DNA of 56,396 nucleotides, from the IMG/VR virus record IMGVR_UViG_3300045988_043442, positions 1 to 56,396 of that record; one strand, written 5' to 3'. Below, piece by piece: positions 6,806 to 14,024 of the stretch. The position numbers and the translations under genes were made by a program. The DNA is from a virus. Numbering within the stretch: position 1 is the first letter of the stretch; each line of letters starts with the position of its first letter. A model generated the notes under the pieces. That model searched no databases, was not told the DNA's origin, and worked only from the letters and a program-made list of their open reading frames with translations.

Positions 6806-6871
6806 ATGGTCTGCCATCATCAGAGCCGGGAGACCATCCCACGGCTGACGCTCCAGGCGGAGCGTTTCGGC
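6806..6871 (-). ncRNA. Type II hammerhead ribozyme candidate
   Basis: Minus strand: GCC-GAAAC-GCUCC-GCCU-GGAGC-GUC / stem I hairpin-CUGAUGA-U-GGC-A-GACCAU. Loop I AUGGUC pairs with GACCAU. Confidence 0.65.
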
Positions 6872-7140
6872 TATGCTATTCTAACAACTGCATTTTTGAT
6901 ATTTGAGAAGTGAAAAAATTCCTTAGTCTCAATATTTTCAAATATTGCAGATTGTGCAAAGGTTTCGAGTGGCGTAAACGCATCACCCTTGCATGTGTAC
7001 GGGCTTTTTTCTGTATTCCAGTCAATTCCAAGTTTTCCGTTTTTCTCGTACACGCAAAAAGTCTTGTCATAGTTTCTAGTTCGTATCTCCCTATTGCTTG
7101 AATCGTATAAATGTACTTTGATTGTATCGTTTGCTTTCAT
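6871..7140 (-). CDS. Hypothetical 89-aa protein
   Basis: ORF in the operon. Its TAG stop contributes to hammerhead stem II. Confidence 0.6.
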   Translation of the reverse strand: MKANDTIKVHLYDSSNREIRTRNYDKTFCVYEKNGKLGIDWNTEKSPYTCKGDAFTPLETFAQSAIFENIETKEFFHFSNIKNAVVRIA

Positions 7141-7158
7141 ATTTAAGCCCTCTCTTTC

Positions 7159-7299
7159 TTATCTGTTTACTATTTCGTAAATCTGTGCTAATTTGCAATA
7201 TTCTTCGCATTCTGCTTGCTTCGGGCACTTGGAGCAATCATTTTCGTAAGTGCCGCAAACCTTTTCGAGTTCCTTTTCTAATTCTTTAATTCTTTCCAT
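7159..7299 (-). CDS. Hypothetical 46-aa Cys-rich protein (first cistron)
   Basis: MERIKELEKE...CSKCPKQAECEEYC. The longer track ORF reads through promoter DNA. Confidence 0.4.
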   Translation of the reverse strand: MERIKELEKELEKVCGTYENDCSKCPKQAECEEYCKLAQIYEIVNR

Positions 7300-7416
7300 A
7301 TTCTTGTACCATTTCGCCGACTGTGTTATAATCGGCTTACCTTTCTTTTTTTGATTGGTGGCGGTTCGTTCTTGGTAGGAGTGACCGCCTTTTTGTATGT
7401 CCTCCTGACAGTTATT

Positions 7417-7445
7417 ATAATAAACTAAAAACAGTTTAAAGTCAA
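7417..7445 (-). promoter_or_regulatory. Leftward sigma-70-type promoter
   Basis: Minus strand: TTGACT, 17 nt, TATTAT (overlapping a TATAAT). Confidence 0.6.
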
Positions 7446-7479
7446 TAGATAAAATAAACTTTTTTAAGATTATTTTTTG

Positions 7480-7508
7480 TTGACAAAACGAGTAAAAAAA
7501 GCTACTAT
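7480..7508 (+). promoter_or_regulatory. Rightward promoter
   Basis: TTGACA, 17 nt, TACTAT. Back-to-back with the leftward promoter. Confidence 0.6.
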
Positions 7509-7539
7509 ATATTGTATAAAACAATGAGGAGGTAACAAA

Positions 7540-7746
7540 ATGCTTGTATATAAAATTAACGTGCTGGAATCTTTAAAAGAGAGTGGATACAACAGCACAA
7601 GGATATTAAAAGAGGGGCTAATAAGTCAATCAGCAATGCAGAGGTTGCGAAAAAATGAAATGATTGGCATTAAAACTTTGGAAAAGCTGTGCGAACTTTT
7701 AGATATGCAGCCGGGAAATATCATTAAATATGTAGAAAAAGATTGA
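7540..7746 (+). CDS. Small XRE/Cro-type HTH regulator
   Basis: GAGGAGG RBS. The 68-aa pattern GYNSTRILKEGLISQSAMQRLRKNE...LEKLCELL is typical of Cro/C1 HTH. Confidence 0.65.
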   Translation: MLVYKINVLESLKESGYNSTRILKEGLISQSAMQRLRKNEMIGIKTLEKLCELLDMQPGNIIKYVEKD

Positions 7747-7769
7747 ACCAAAAAAGATTTAAAAAAGTA

Positions 7770-7798
7770 TTGACAATAAACGATAAATGGTTTATTAT
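7770..7798 (+). promoter_or_regulatory. Promoter
   Basis: TTGACA, 17 nt, TATTAT. Confidence 0.55.
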
Positions 7799-7848
7799 AA
7801 TGGTAGAAACAAAGAAAGGGCAGCCGCAAAGGCTGGATGGTTGAAAGG

Positions 7849-8040
7849 ATGAAAACAGCAGAGTTATTAAACAAGGTTGTTAAACTTGGATTTAGCAGAG
7901 AAAAGGCGCTTGCAGGCATAGACGCAAGTCTTGATGAAGCGATTGGAATAGAAAACAGAAAACCAATTGCTGATGAAGAAATAAGCGAAGAGCTGGCAAG
8001 TGATATTTTATTAGGTTTTGAATGTGAAAAAGAAAATTAA
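7849..8040 (+). CDS. Hypothetical 63-aa protein
   Basis: ATG lies behind GAAAGG. Confidence 0.5.
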   Translation: MKTAELLNKVVKLGFSREKALAGIDASLDEAIGIENRKPIADEEISEELASDILLGFECEKEN

Positions 8041-8067
8041 TCAAGAAAGGTTAAAGGTGTGAATATT

Positions 8068-8334
8068 ATGGCAGTGGCAAAAACATGGAAAGTCTACGGA
8101 GTAGATGGACACAGGCAAAGAGAGAGCTTCGGAAAGTCTTATAAATACGATTTTTCAGAAGGTACAGACGTCAGAATTATTGAAGTTGACAACTTCGACA
8201 AAACAGGCACAAATGAATACTCAATTATTCGCATTACTAGAAACAGCTCTGAAGAATGTGAAGAGGAATTACGCGGACAGCTTTCGGATGGAATTTTTGA
8301 AAATTCCAGAGTTGGGAAAGTTGTGGAAATTTAA
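8068..8334 (+). CDS. Hypothetical 88-aa protein
   Basis: ORF followed by a strong terminator. Confidence 0.55.
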   Translation: MAVAKTWKVYGVDGHRQRESFGKSYKYDFSEGTDVRIIEVDNFDKTGTNEYSIIRITRNSSEECEEELRGQLSDGIFENSRVGKVVEI

Positions 8335-8350
8335 AATATATATTTTAAGT

Positions 8351-8379
8351 GGTGTATAACAGATATACACCGCTTTTTT
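8351..8379 (+). terminator. Intrinsic terminator
   Basis: GGTGTATA / TATACACC stem, then GCTTTTTT. Confidence 0.8.
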
Positions 8380-8538
8380 AATGCCTATTGATTAATTATA
8401 TTTATTGTGTTATTATATTGCCAATAATTAAATATATAAGATTTACACCCGATAATATTAATATTGTTATCGGGTTATTTTTATGTTATTAGTATATATT
8501 ATAATAAGCTGGATAAGCTCCAGCAGAAAGGGGAACAC

Positions 8539-9252
8539 ATGGAGAAAGTGCAAGAAACACCAGAAAGTCAAGAAATTTTTGAAAATGAAATTGATATGTA
8601 TTTCAAACAATTTTGCACAGATGAAAACATTGAAGATATGGCAGCGGCTCCGCAATCCCTTTTTTACGCCGCTTTAATTTATGTATATAATAATACTTTT
8701 AAAGGCACTAATAGATTAAAGCTAAAAGGTAAATTACAGGGATATAATAATAATAATTATAATAATCAATATAGTAATATAAATAATAGTAATTGTAATA
8801 GTTATAATTATGAGTACTTAAATTATATAGCAGATTATTATATATATATGTGTTATAAGTATAATAAAATATGTACTATATCAGGATATTGTAAATTAAC
8901 CGGTATAAATGAAGTGGTTATATATAATTGGGCTAATGAACGAACAAAAACGGATAGACTAAGTACATCGGCTTATGATTTGTGGGAAAAATTATCAAAA
9001 GATTACGAATCCAGCGGAGAGGCTCGGCTCTGGTCCGGTAAGAACCCAGTCGGGCAACTTGCGGTTATGAATCGCCGCTTTGGTTGGAATCTTCCCGGTG
9101 TCAGCAGGGAAAGCACCTCAAAGTATGTTAAAACAGCCGCAGACCTTCCGCGGCTCGGACCATCTGGAAATGCTCAAGGCTCTGATGTTCGTCAAATTGC
9201 ACAACAAGAAATCATTGTGCAAGATGTACAAGAAATCCCACAAAGTCAGTAA
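8539..9252 (+). CDS. Terminase small subunit-like DNA-binding protein with an Asn/Tyr-rich insert
   Basis: AAGGGG RBS. HTH-like ISGYCKLTGINEVVIYNW. C-terminal GKNPVGQLAVMNRRFGW resembles the TerS tail motif. Confidence 0.45.
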   Translation: MEKVQETPESQEIFENEIDMYFKQFCTDENIEDMAAAPQSLFYAALIYVYNNTFKGTNRLKLKGKLQGYNNNNYNNQYSNINNSNCNSYNYEYLNYIADYYIYMCYKYNKICTISGYCKLTGINEVVIYNWANERTKTDRLSTSAYDLWEKLSKDYESSGEARLWSGKNPVGQLAVMNRRFGWNLPGVSRESTSKYVKTAADLPRLGPSGNAQGSDVRQIAQQEIIVQDVQEIPQSQ

Positions 9253-9380
9253 ACAAGCGGATTGTAGCGTTTTTGATATGCAATAACATCACTTCGCGAA
9301 AGTCGGGTTTGACGAAGTGATTAAAACGAACATACGAACGCCAAACAGCTTTAAGCCTAGCAAACAAGCGGATTGTAGCG
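9251..9380. repeat. Two perfect 19-bp direct repeats flanking a 9-bp-stem hairpin
   Basis: AAACAAGCGGATTGTAGCG at 9251..9269 and 9362..9380. ATCACTTCG / CGAAGTGAT at 9288..9296 and 9313..9321. Confidence 0.8.
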
Positions 9381-9772
9381 AATCCATTAAATTTACGCAT
9401 AAAAGTAATATTGGCAATTGCACAGTTCTTATTGCACGCCGCAAATGGCTTTGGGGGTGGGGGTTAGAACATATGTTCGATTTTGCCTTACTAAGTCCCT
9501 CAAATTACGGCAAAAACAAAAAGCCCCTTGCATATGTTTTAAATATAATATATATAATTTTATCAACAACCCATATATTATATATAATTATTGATTACAG
9601 GTCTATATAAATTAATTAATAAACCCACTATACAAATCTGATAAATAGGTGTATAATAGACACATCTTAATTAATCACAAGATATTCAATGAATACACAC
9701 ATCAAAACGGCTAATTCAGCCGAGTAAATTCCAAAAAATTTCAAAAAAATAAAAAAGAGTTAGGAGTTATAA

Positions 9773-10189
9773 ATGCAGGGCAATGAATACCAAAAATTGG
9801 CTATGCGTACTAACGATAAAATGGCTCATCATAGATTAAGTACCGAATTAACCGGTAAACTTCCGCTTAGCCCTCTAACGGAAAACAATGCTAAGTGTAG
9901 CAACATAAATGACATAGCAAGACTTCTTAATGGCGTCTTAGGTTTAACTGGTGAAGCTGGCGAAGTATCAAACCTTGTTAAAAAGGGCATATTTCACGAA
10001 AAGGGAATAGACCTAGAACACCTCAAGAAAGAGTGTGGCGATGTAATGTGGTACGTTGCTATGATTTGCGAAGCTTGCGGATTCAACCTTGATGATGTAA
10101 TGCAGACAAACATAGATAAGCTTATAGCACGTTATCCGGATGGCTTTGATTCTTACAGAGCTAATCACAGACAGGCAGGTGATGTTTAA
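9773..10189 (+). CDS. mazG: MazG-like nucleotide pyrophosphohydrolase
   Basis: EYQKLAMRT, LTGEAGEV, ECGDVMWY and NIDKLIARYP motifs. Confidence 0.85.
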   Translation: MQGNEYQKLAMRTNDKMAHHRLSTELTGKLPLSPLTENNAKCSNINDIARLLNGVLGLTGEAGEVSNLVKKGIFHEKGIDLEHLKKECGDVMWYVAMICEACGFNLDDVMQTNIDKLIARYPDGFDSYRANHRQAGDV

Positions 10190-10557
10190 TGGGAAATGCT
10201 GAAAATAACGGATTTTGCGTTGATTGCACAAACAAATCATTACTATTTAGCACGGAGCCATGTAAGAGTTGCGTTAATAATGGTGGCGAGGAAGATAATT
10301 TTACTCCACTTAAAGATGTTGCTCCTAGTGTCAATGAAAAGCCGGTAAATGACAATGTTAATCATCCGAGCCATTATGCAACAGGTAAATATGAGTGTAT
10401 AGATGTTATGCTTGAGATATTCAGTGTTGAAGCTGTTAAAACATTCTGTTTACTCAATGCCTTTAAGTATAACTACCGAAGCGGCAGAAAAAATGGCTTA
10501 GAGGACATTCAAAAAGCTAAGTGGTACATTGACAAGTACATAGAATTATCAAAATAA
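10189..10557 (+). CDS. DUF3310-family protein
   Basis: VNHPSHY...YECIDV...NAFKYNYRSGRK...DIQKAKWYIDKY signature. Confidence 0.8.
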   Translation: MGNAENNGFCVDCTNKSLLFSTEPCKSCVNNGGEEDNFTPLKDVAPSVNEKPVNDNVNHPSHYATGKYECIDVMLEIFSVEAVKTFCLLNAFKYNYRSGRKNGLEDIQKAKWYIDKYIELSK

Positions 10558-10653
10558 TATTTAATGCCGTGTCTGACCAATGCGTATAAATGGCTACAAA
10601 GAATAGTACACTGCGGCAGTGATGAATATATGTCAGAGAATAAATCACAATTT

Positions 10654-10725
10654 TGCCCTTTCGCCAAGCGGTAAGGCACAGGAGTTTGATTCCTGTATGC
10701 GTTGGTTCGAGTCCAACAAGGGCAG
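10654..10725 (+). tRNA. tRNA-Gln (anticodon UUG)
   Basis: Hand-folded 72-nt cloverleaf. U1:A72 acceptor, anticodon loop GUUUGAU, T-loop UUCGAGU. Confidence 0.85.
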
Positions 10726-10939
10726 TTCAGCTTACTTTTTATTGACAGTCTATCTTTGCAACCAAGATGGACCTCCTTTCAATATTTACCTCTTTGGATT
10801 TGTTCAGTTAAGGGTAGTGCAAGACTATCCGAGAGGTTTCACCTCGCACAGAGGTGTGAAATTCAACTTATCAAGGATTTTTCTTAATGCCCCCGACTAT
10901 TTATTACAAAATTCTTGGTAGCCGTTACAGGCGGCATAT

Positions 10940-11023
10940 GCCGTGTGTCCGGTTGGTCGAGGAAGCAGTCTTGAAAACTGTCTGGGCGTAAAAGCCTCCG
11001 GGGTTCGATTCCCTGACACGGCG
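10940..11023 (+). tRNA. tRNA-Ser (anticodon UGA), long variable arm
   Basis: Acceptor GCCGUGU / ACACGGC, anticodon loop CUUGAAA, variable arm, T-loop UUCGAUU. The D-arm register is slightly irregular. Confidence 0.75.
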
Positions 11024-11097
11024 TTCTCACATGTAAACTGAAAAGAGAAACAAGTTGCTGGTTATCTGTATTTCTCTAAAACCACCTACATGTGAGT

Positions 11098-11238
11098 TGG
11101 TGTGTATGCAAGTGGGTAAGCAACGTGTAGCTGGTAACAAACATATATTTAAAAATGTTTGAGCCGTGCTTATGGGTTTAATTCTCAAAAACGTAAGGAC
11201 GTATGTCTTATGTGCGGTTCGATTCCGCACCACATCAA
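11098..11238 (+). ncRNA. Split tRNA-like RNA: acceptor plus D-arm, about 90-nt insert, then T-arm plus acceptor
   Basis: UGGUGUG pairs with CACAUCA, including a G:U. D-arm-like UGC-AAGUGGGUAA-GCA. T-arm GUGCGG-UUCGAUU-CCGCAC. Discriminator A. Confidence 0.4.
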
Positions 11239-11360
11239 TTACAACAAACTAGGTTAGCTACCGAAAAGCACTTCCGCTGTGCCTGTTTGTTGTTTTTATC
11301 AATTAAGCGGAGTATGTATCACAGGCATACATAAATAATATCAAGCGGAGGTATTCAATT

Positions 11361-12281
11361 ATGGCAACAATTAGAGTGCATAAAACAAAAAATTACACAG
11401 TTATGAGTAATACTCATTTAAGAGATAAGAATTTAAGTCTGAAAGCAAAAGGACTATTGTCTGTAATGCTTTCATTGCCCGATAATTGGGATTATTCAAT
11501 AGCTGGGTTAGTTGCAATAAGTAAAGAGAATGAAACAGCTGTTAAATCGGCTTTAAATGAGTTAAGGGATAATAATTATGTTGTGGTTACTAAGGAAAAC
11601 CCGACAAAAAGCAATGGTGGAAGAATAAAGTACACCTACGAGGTTTACGAAGAACCATATAAACAGAAAATAGAAAAACAAGATACAGAAAATCTAGGGG
11701 TTGAATGTCAACAGGTAGAAAACCACGGACAATTAAATACTAATGAATTAAGTACTGATGAATTAAATATTAATAAACAAAATACTGAAAGATCAATTAC
11801 TAATAAGGACTATACATCAATTAACATTGATGGAGAGGTACATACATCGTTTTCAGAGAAACCGACGGCAAGAGCTGTCACAAGAGATGAAATGTTGCTT
11901 AAAGAAAAAGATATGGTTGATAGGTTCAATAACATCTGTGACAATGACATAGATAATTCAGCTATATGTGATTGCGTTAAGGATGGATTTAAGATGTATA
12001 TGCAGTTATATGAAATCTATTTCCATAAAGTACACCCAATACTTACAGATAAGACATTAAAGAATGTATGTTTTGTACTATCAACTATCACAGATACAGA
12101 ACACGGACATTTCGACGCTGACGCTATATACGAAACAGACGATAAGGGCATTACAGTTTTACAGAGAATGATTAACGACCATTTCATCAGAGAACATAGA
12201 GAAAGCACCAACTACTCAATAACACATTTTGCCAATGCTGAATATCTTAGCAAGCTGGCAAATGGATTTATAGAGATGTAA
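11361..12281 (+). CDS. Winged-helix DNA-binding protein (replication-initiator/DnaD-like N-terminus)
   Basis: YTVMSNTHLRDKNLSLKAKGLLSVMLSLPDNWDYSIAGL...LNELRDNNYV pattern. Confidence 0.55.
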   Translation: MATIRVHKTKNYTVMSNTHLRDKNLSLKAKGLLSVMLSLPDNWDYSIAGLVAISKENETAVKSALNELRDNNYVVVTKENPTKSNGGRIKYTYEVYEEPYKQKIEKQDTENLGVECQQVENHGQLNTNELSTDELNINKQNTERSITNKDYTSINIDGEVHTSFSEKPTARAVTRDEMLLKEKDMVDRFNNICDNDIDNSAICDCVKDGFKMYMQLYEIYFHKVHPILTDKTLKNVCFVLSTITDTEHGHFDADAIYETDDKGITVLQRMINDHFIREHRESTNYSITHFANAEYLSKLANGFIEM

Positions 12282-12294
12282 AGGAACAATGTTT

Positions 12295-12459
12295 ATGAAA
12301 TTAATATTAGGCATAGCGTTACTGATATGGGTTTATTACAACATCAAATACATTGAAAGAGAAGATATATCCATTGCAACAGCTGTTAAAGAAGGAATGT
12401 TAATAATAATATATTTACTGACAGGTATATTGGCAATTATGATACAGAAAATGATGTAA
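12295..12459 (+). CDS. Small two-TM membrane protein (54 aa)
   Basis: Hand-translated: MKLILGIALLIWVYY...LLTGILAIMIQKMM. Confidence 0.45.
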   Translation: MKLILGIALLIWVYYNIKYIEREDISIATAVKEGMLIIIYLLTGILAIMIQKMM

Positions 12460-12480
12460 AACAGACAAGGAGTGATTATT

Positions 12481-12669
12481 ATGGCTATGGGCGTACATCC
12501 ACTAAACAAAGACAAATTCTATGAAGCAATGAACCTTTATATATCGGGGCAGGCTTCACAGGTAAAGGCAGCAAAAGTAGCAGGTTGCAGCGTGCCGACA
12601 TTTAAGAAATACGTTAACAAGATATATGGCGGAGAGGAATTACCAGATAATTTATGGGGGAAGAAGTGA
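12481..12669 (+). CDS. Hypothetical small HTH-like protein
   Basis: QVKAAKVAGCSVPTFKKYVNK. Confidence 0.45.
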   Translation: MAMGVHPLNKDKFYEAMNLYISGQASQVKAAKVAGCSVPTFKKYVNKIYGGEELPDNLWGKK

Positions 12670-12670
12670 T

Positions 12671-12877
12671 ATGTGTGAATTTTGCAAAAACATAGGAATA
12701 GGCATACCAAAATGGGACTTCTGCAATGAAAAATCTCCGAATTATTCTGGGATTGCTATTGAGATACGCAACATTACTAATAACCCAAGCTTAGTATTTA
12801 CAAATTCTGCTGATGAATACGGAGCAGGAGCATTAAGTATAAATTATTGCCCTATCTGCGGTAGAAAGTTGGTGTAA
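12671..12877 (+). CDS. Hypothetical Zn-ribbon protein
   Basis: CEFC ... CPICG pairs. Confidence 0.5.
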   Translation: MCEFCKNIGIGIPKWDFCNEKSPNYSGIAIEIRNITNNPSLVFTNSADEYGAGALSINYCPICGRKLV

Positions 12878-12879
12878 GC

Positions 12880-13119
12880 ATGAAACATAGCAAAGAATGG
12901 CGCACTTGTGACAGGTGCGGAAAAGAAATAATGCCTAAGAGTTGGAAAGAAGTTAGATTTAAGCAAGTTGGATGTTGCGGAGATATAGTTCCCACTTTTG
13001 AAGATAATGATATGTGTCTTGAAATCAAGAATGTTCGCAGATATGAATTTTTAGAAAGAACATATGACTTATGCCCTAAGTGCAGGAAAGATTTTGAGAG
13101 GTTTATGAGAAATGAGTGA
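12880..13119 (+). CDS. Hypothetical Zn-ribbon protein
   Basis: CDRCG ... CPKC pairs. Confidence 0.5.
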   Translation: MKHSKEWRTCDRCGKEIMPKSWKEVRFKQVGCCGDIVPTFEDNDMCLEIKNVRRYEFLERTYDLCPKCRKDFERFMRNE

Positions 13120-13291
13120 TATATATGCAATACCGGTATATAAATATAAAAACAACAAACTCTGTTCGGCGTTTGAAGAAGCCAAGGAAAATGAAGAGTT
13201 TGTAAGCCTTGCGGATTTCAATGCAACAGAGAAGAGATTGAGGAAACGGATAATAGAATTATCGGCAAAGATGGAGGCCTGTGAGGAATGA
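13112..13291 (+). CDS. Hypothetical 59-aa protein
   Basis: Overlaps the upstream stop. Hand-translated. Confidence 0.4.
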   Translation: MSDIYAIPVYKYKNNKLCSAFEEAKENEEFVSLADFNATEKRLRKRIIELSAKMEACEE

Positions 13292-13467
13292 ACAACATTG
13301 ATAATCCTTTATCAGAGTATCAACCGCCATCTAAAGAAGCATTGAGAAATTTTGGCATAGATATTTCAAGAGAAGCGGTAGAAAAATATGCTTTGGAAAA
13401 GTTTGGCAGACTGCCACAAAGCCACATTGAAATGACTTCTGCTAGGGATTCTAAAATAGTTGGATAA
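13288..13467 (+). CDS. Hypothetical 59-aa protein
   Basis: ATGA overlap with the upstream gene. Confidence 0.4.
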   Translation: MNNIDNPLSEYQPPSKEALRNFGIDISREAVEKYALEKFGRLPQSHIEMTSARDSKIVG

Positions 13468-13486
13468 ACAAGGAGATTTATGAGGA

Positions 13487-13720
13487 ATGAAACTGACAGT
13501 CGGAAATAGCGTATATGAAATGAAGGCAGAACAATTAAAAGCTGTTTTACATGTTGCGAGTAAACAGGTTCCGTTTGGAATTTATGCAATCAGCAAAAAA
13601 GGCATAGCTATTCTTTTGAAGGAGACATATTCCACCAATGAGGAGCTGAAAAAGGCTGTTTCTGATTATGCGATGAAAGGATTTAAGGTTTATTATAATG
13701 AGCATGGCAGAAGTAATTAA
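13487..13720 (+). CDS. Hypothetical protein
   Basis: ORF in a tight co-directional array. Confidence 0.5.
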   Translation: MKLTVGNSVYEMKAEQLKAVLHVASKQVPFGIYAISKKGIAILLKETYSTNEELKKAVSDYAMKGFKVYYNEHGRSN

Positions 13721-14024
13721 ATCAATAGAGCGTGAAGCACTTAGAGAAGCACAATCGCGCGAAATAGGCGGTAGAAATGGCGAGCCTATAGATTGTTCCA
13801 CTTTAGAGGATGAACCTGTTATCGTGGCAGATAACGAGGCAGACAGGCAAAAATTTTATGAATGTTTTTATAAGCAAGAGCCTATTGAACCGAATAATAA
13901 AAAATGCAATCTGACTTTTTGCCAATACAACACAGACAAAGAATGCACCAATGACGAGGAAAGAAAAGAATGTGTCGAAGCTTCAAGAAAGGTGTTGTAC
14001 ATAGATGAAGAAAGCAAGAAGTAA
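13698..14024 (+). CDS. Hypothetical acidic protein
   Basis: ORF in a tight co-directional array. Confidence 0.5.
   Translation: MSMAEVIKSIEREALREAQSREIGGRNGEPIDCSTLEDEPVIVADNEADRQKFYECFYKQEPIEPNNKKCNLTFCQYNTDKECTNDEERKECVEASRKVLYIDEESKK

Noticed and set aside
7300-7524. N-terminal 75 codons of track ORF 7159..7524
   Set aside because: This part reads through both divergent promoters and an AT-rich spacer and has a Phe/Tyr/Ile-rich composition. Only the distal 46 codons look like a gene.
9251-9380. Direct repeats as a CRISPR array
   Set aside because: There are only two copies of a 19-mer. No regular repeat-spacer periodicity and no cas genes are present.
10619-10921. ORFs overlapping the tRNA cluster (10619..10921, 10702..10887, 11027..11233)
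   Set aside because: They overlap hand-folded tRNAs and structured RNA, lack RBSs and have an implausible composition.
11098-11238. Intron-containing tRNA gene
   Set aside because: The insert of about 90 nt is far too short for a bacterial group I intron. No convincing anticodon stem flanks it. It is kept only as a tRNA-like/tmRNA-like candidate.
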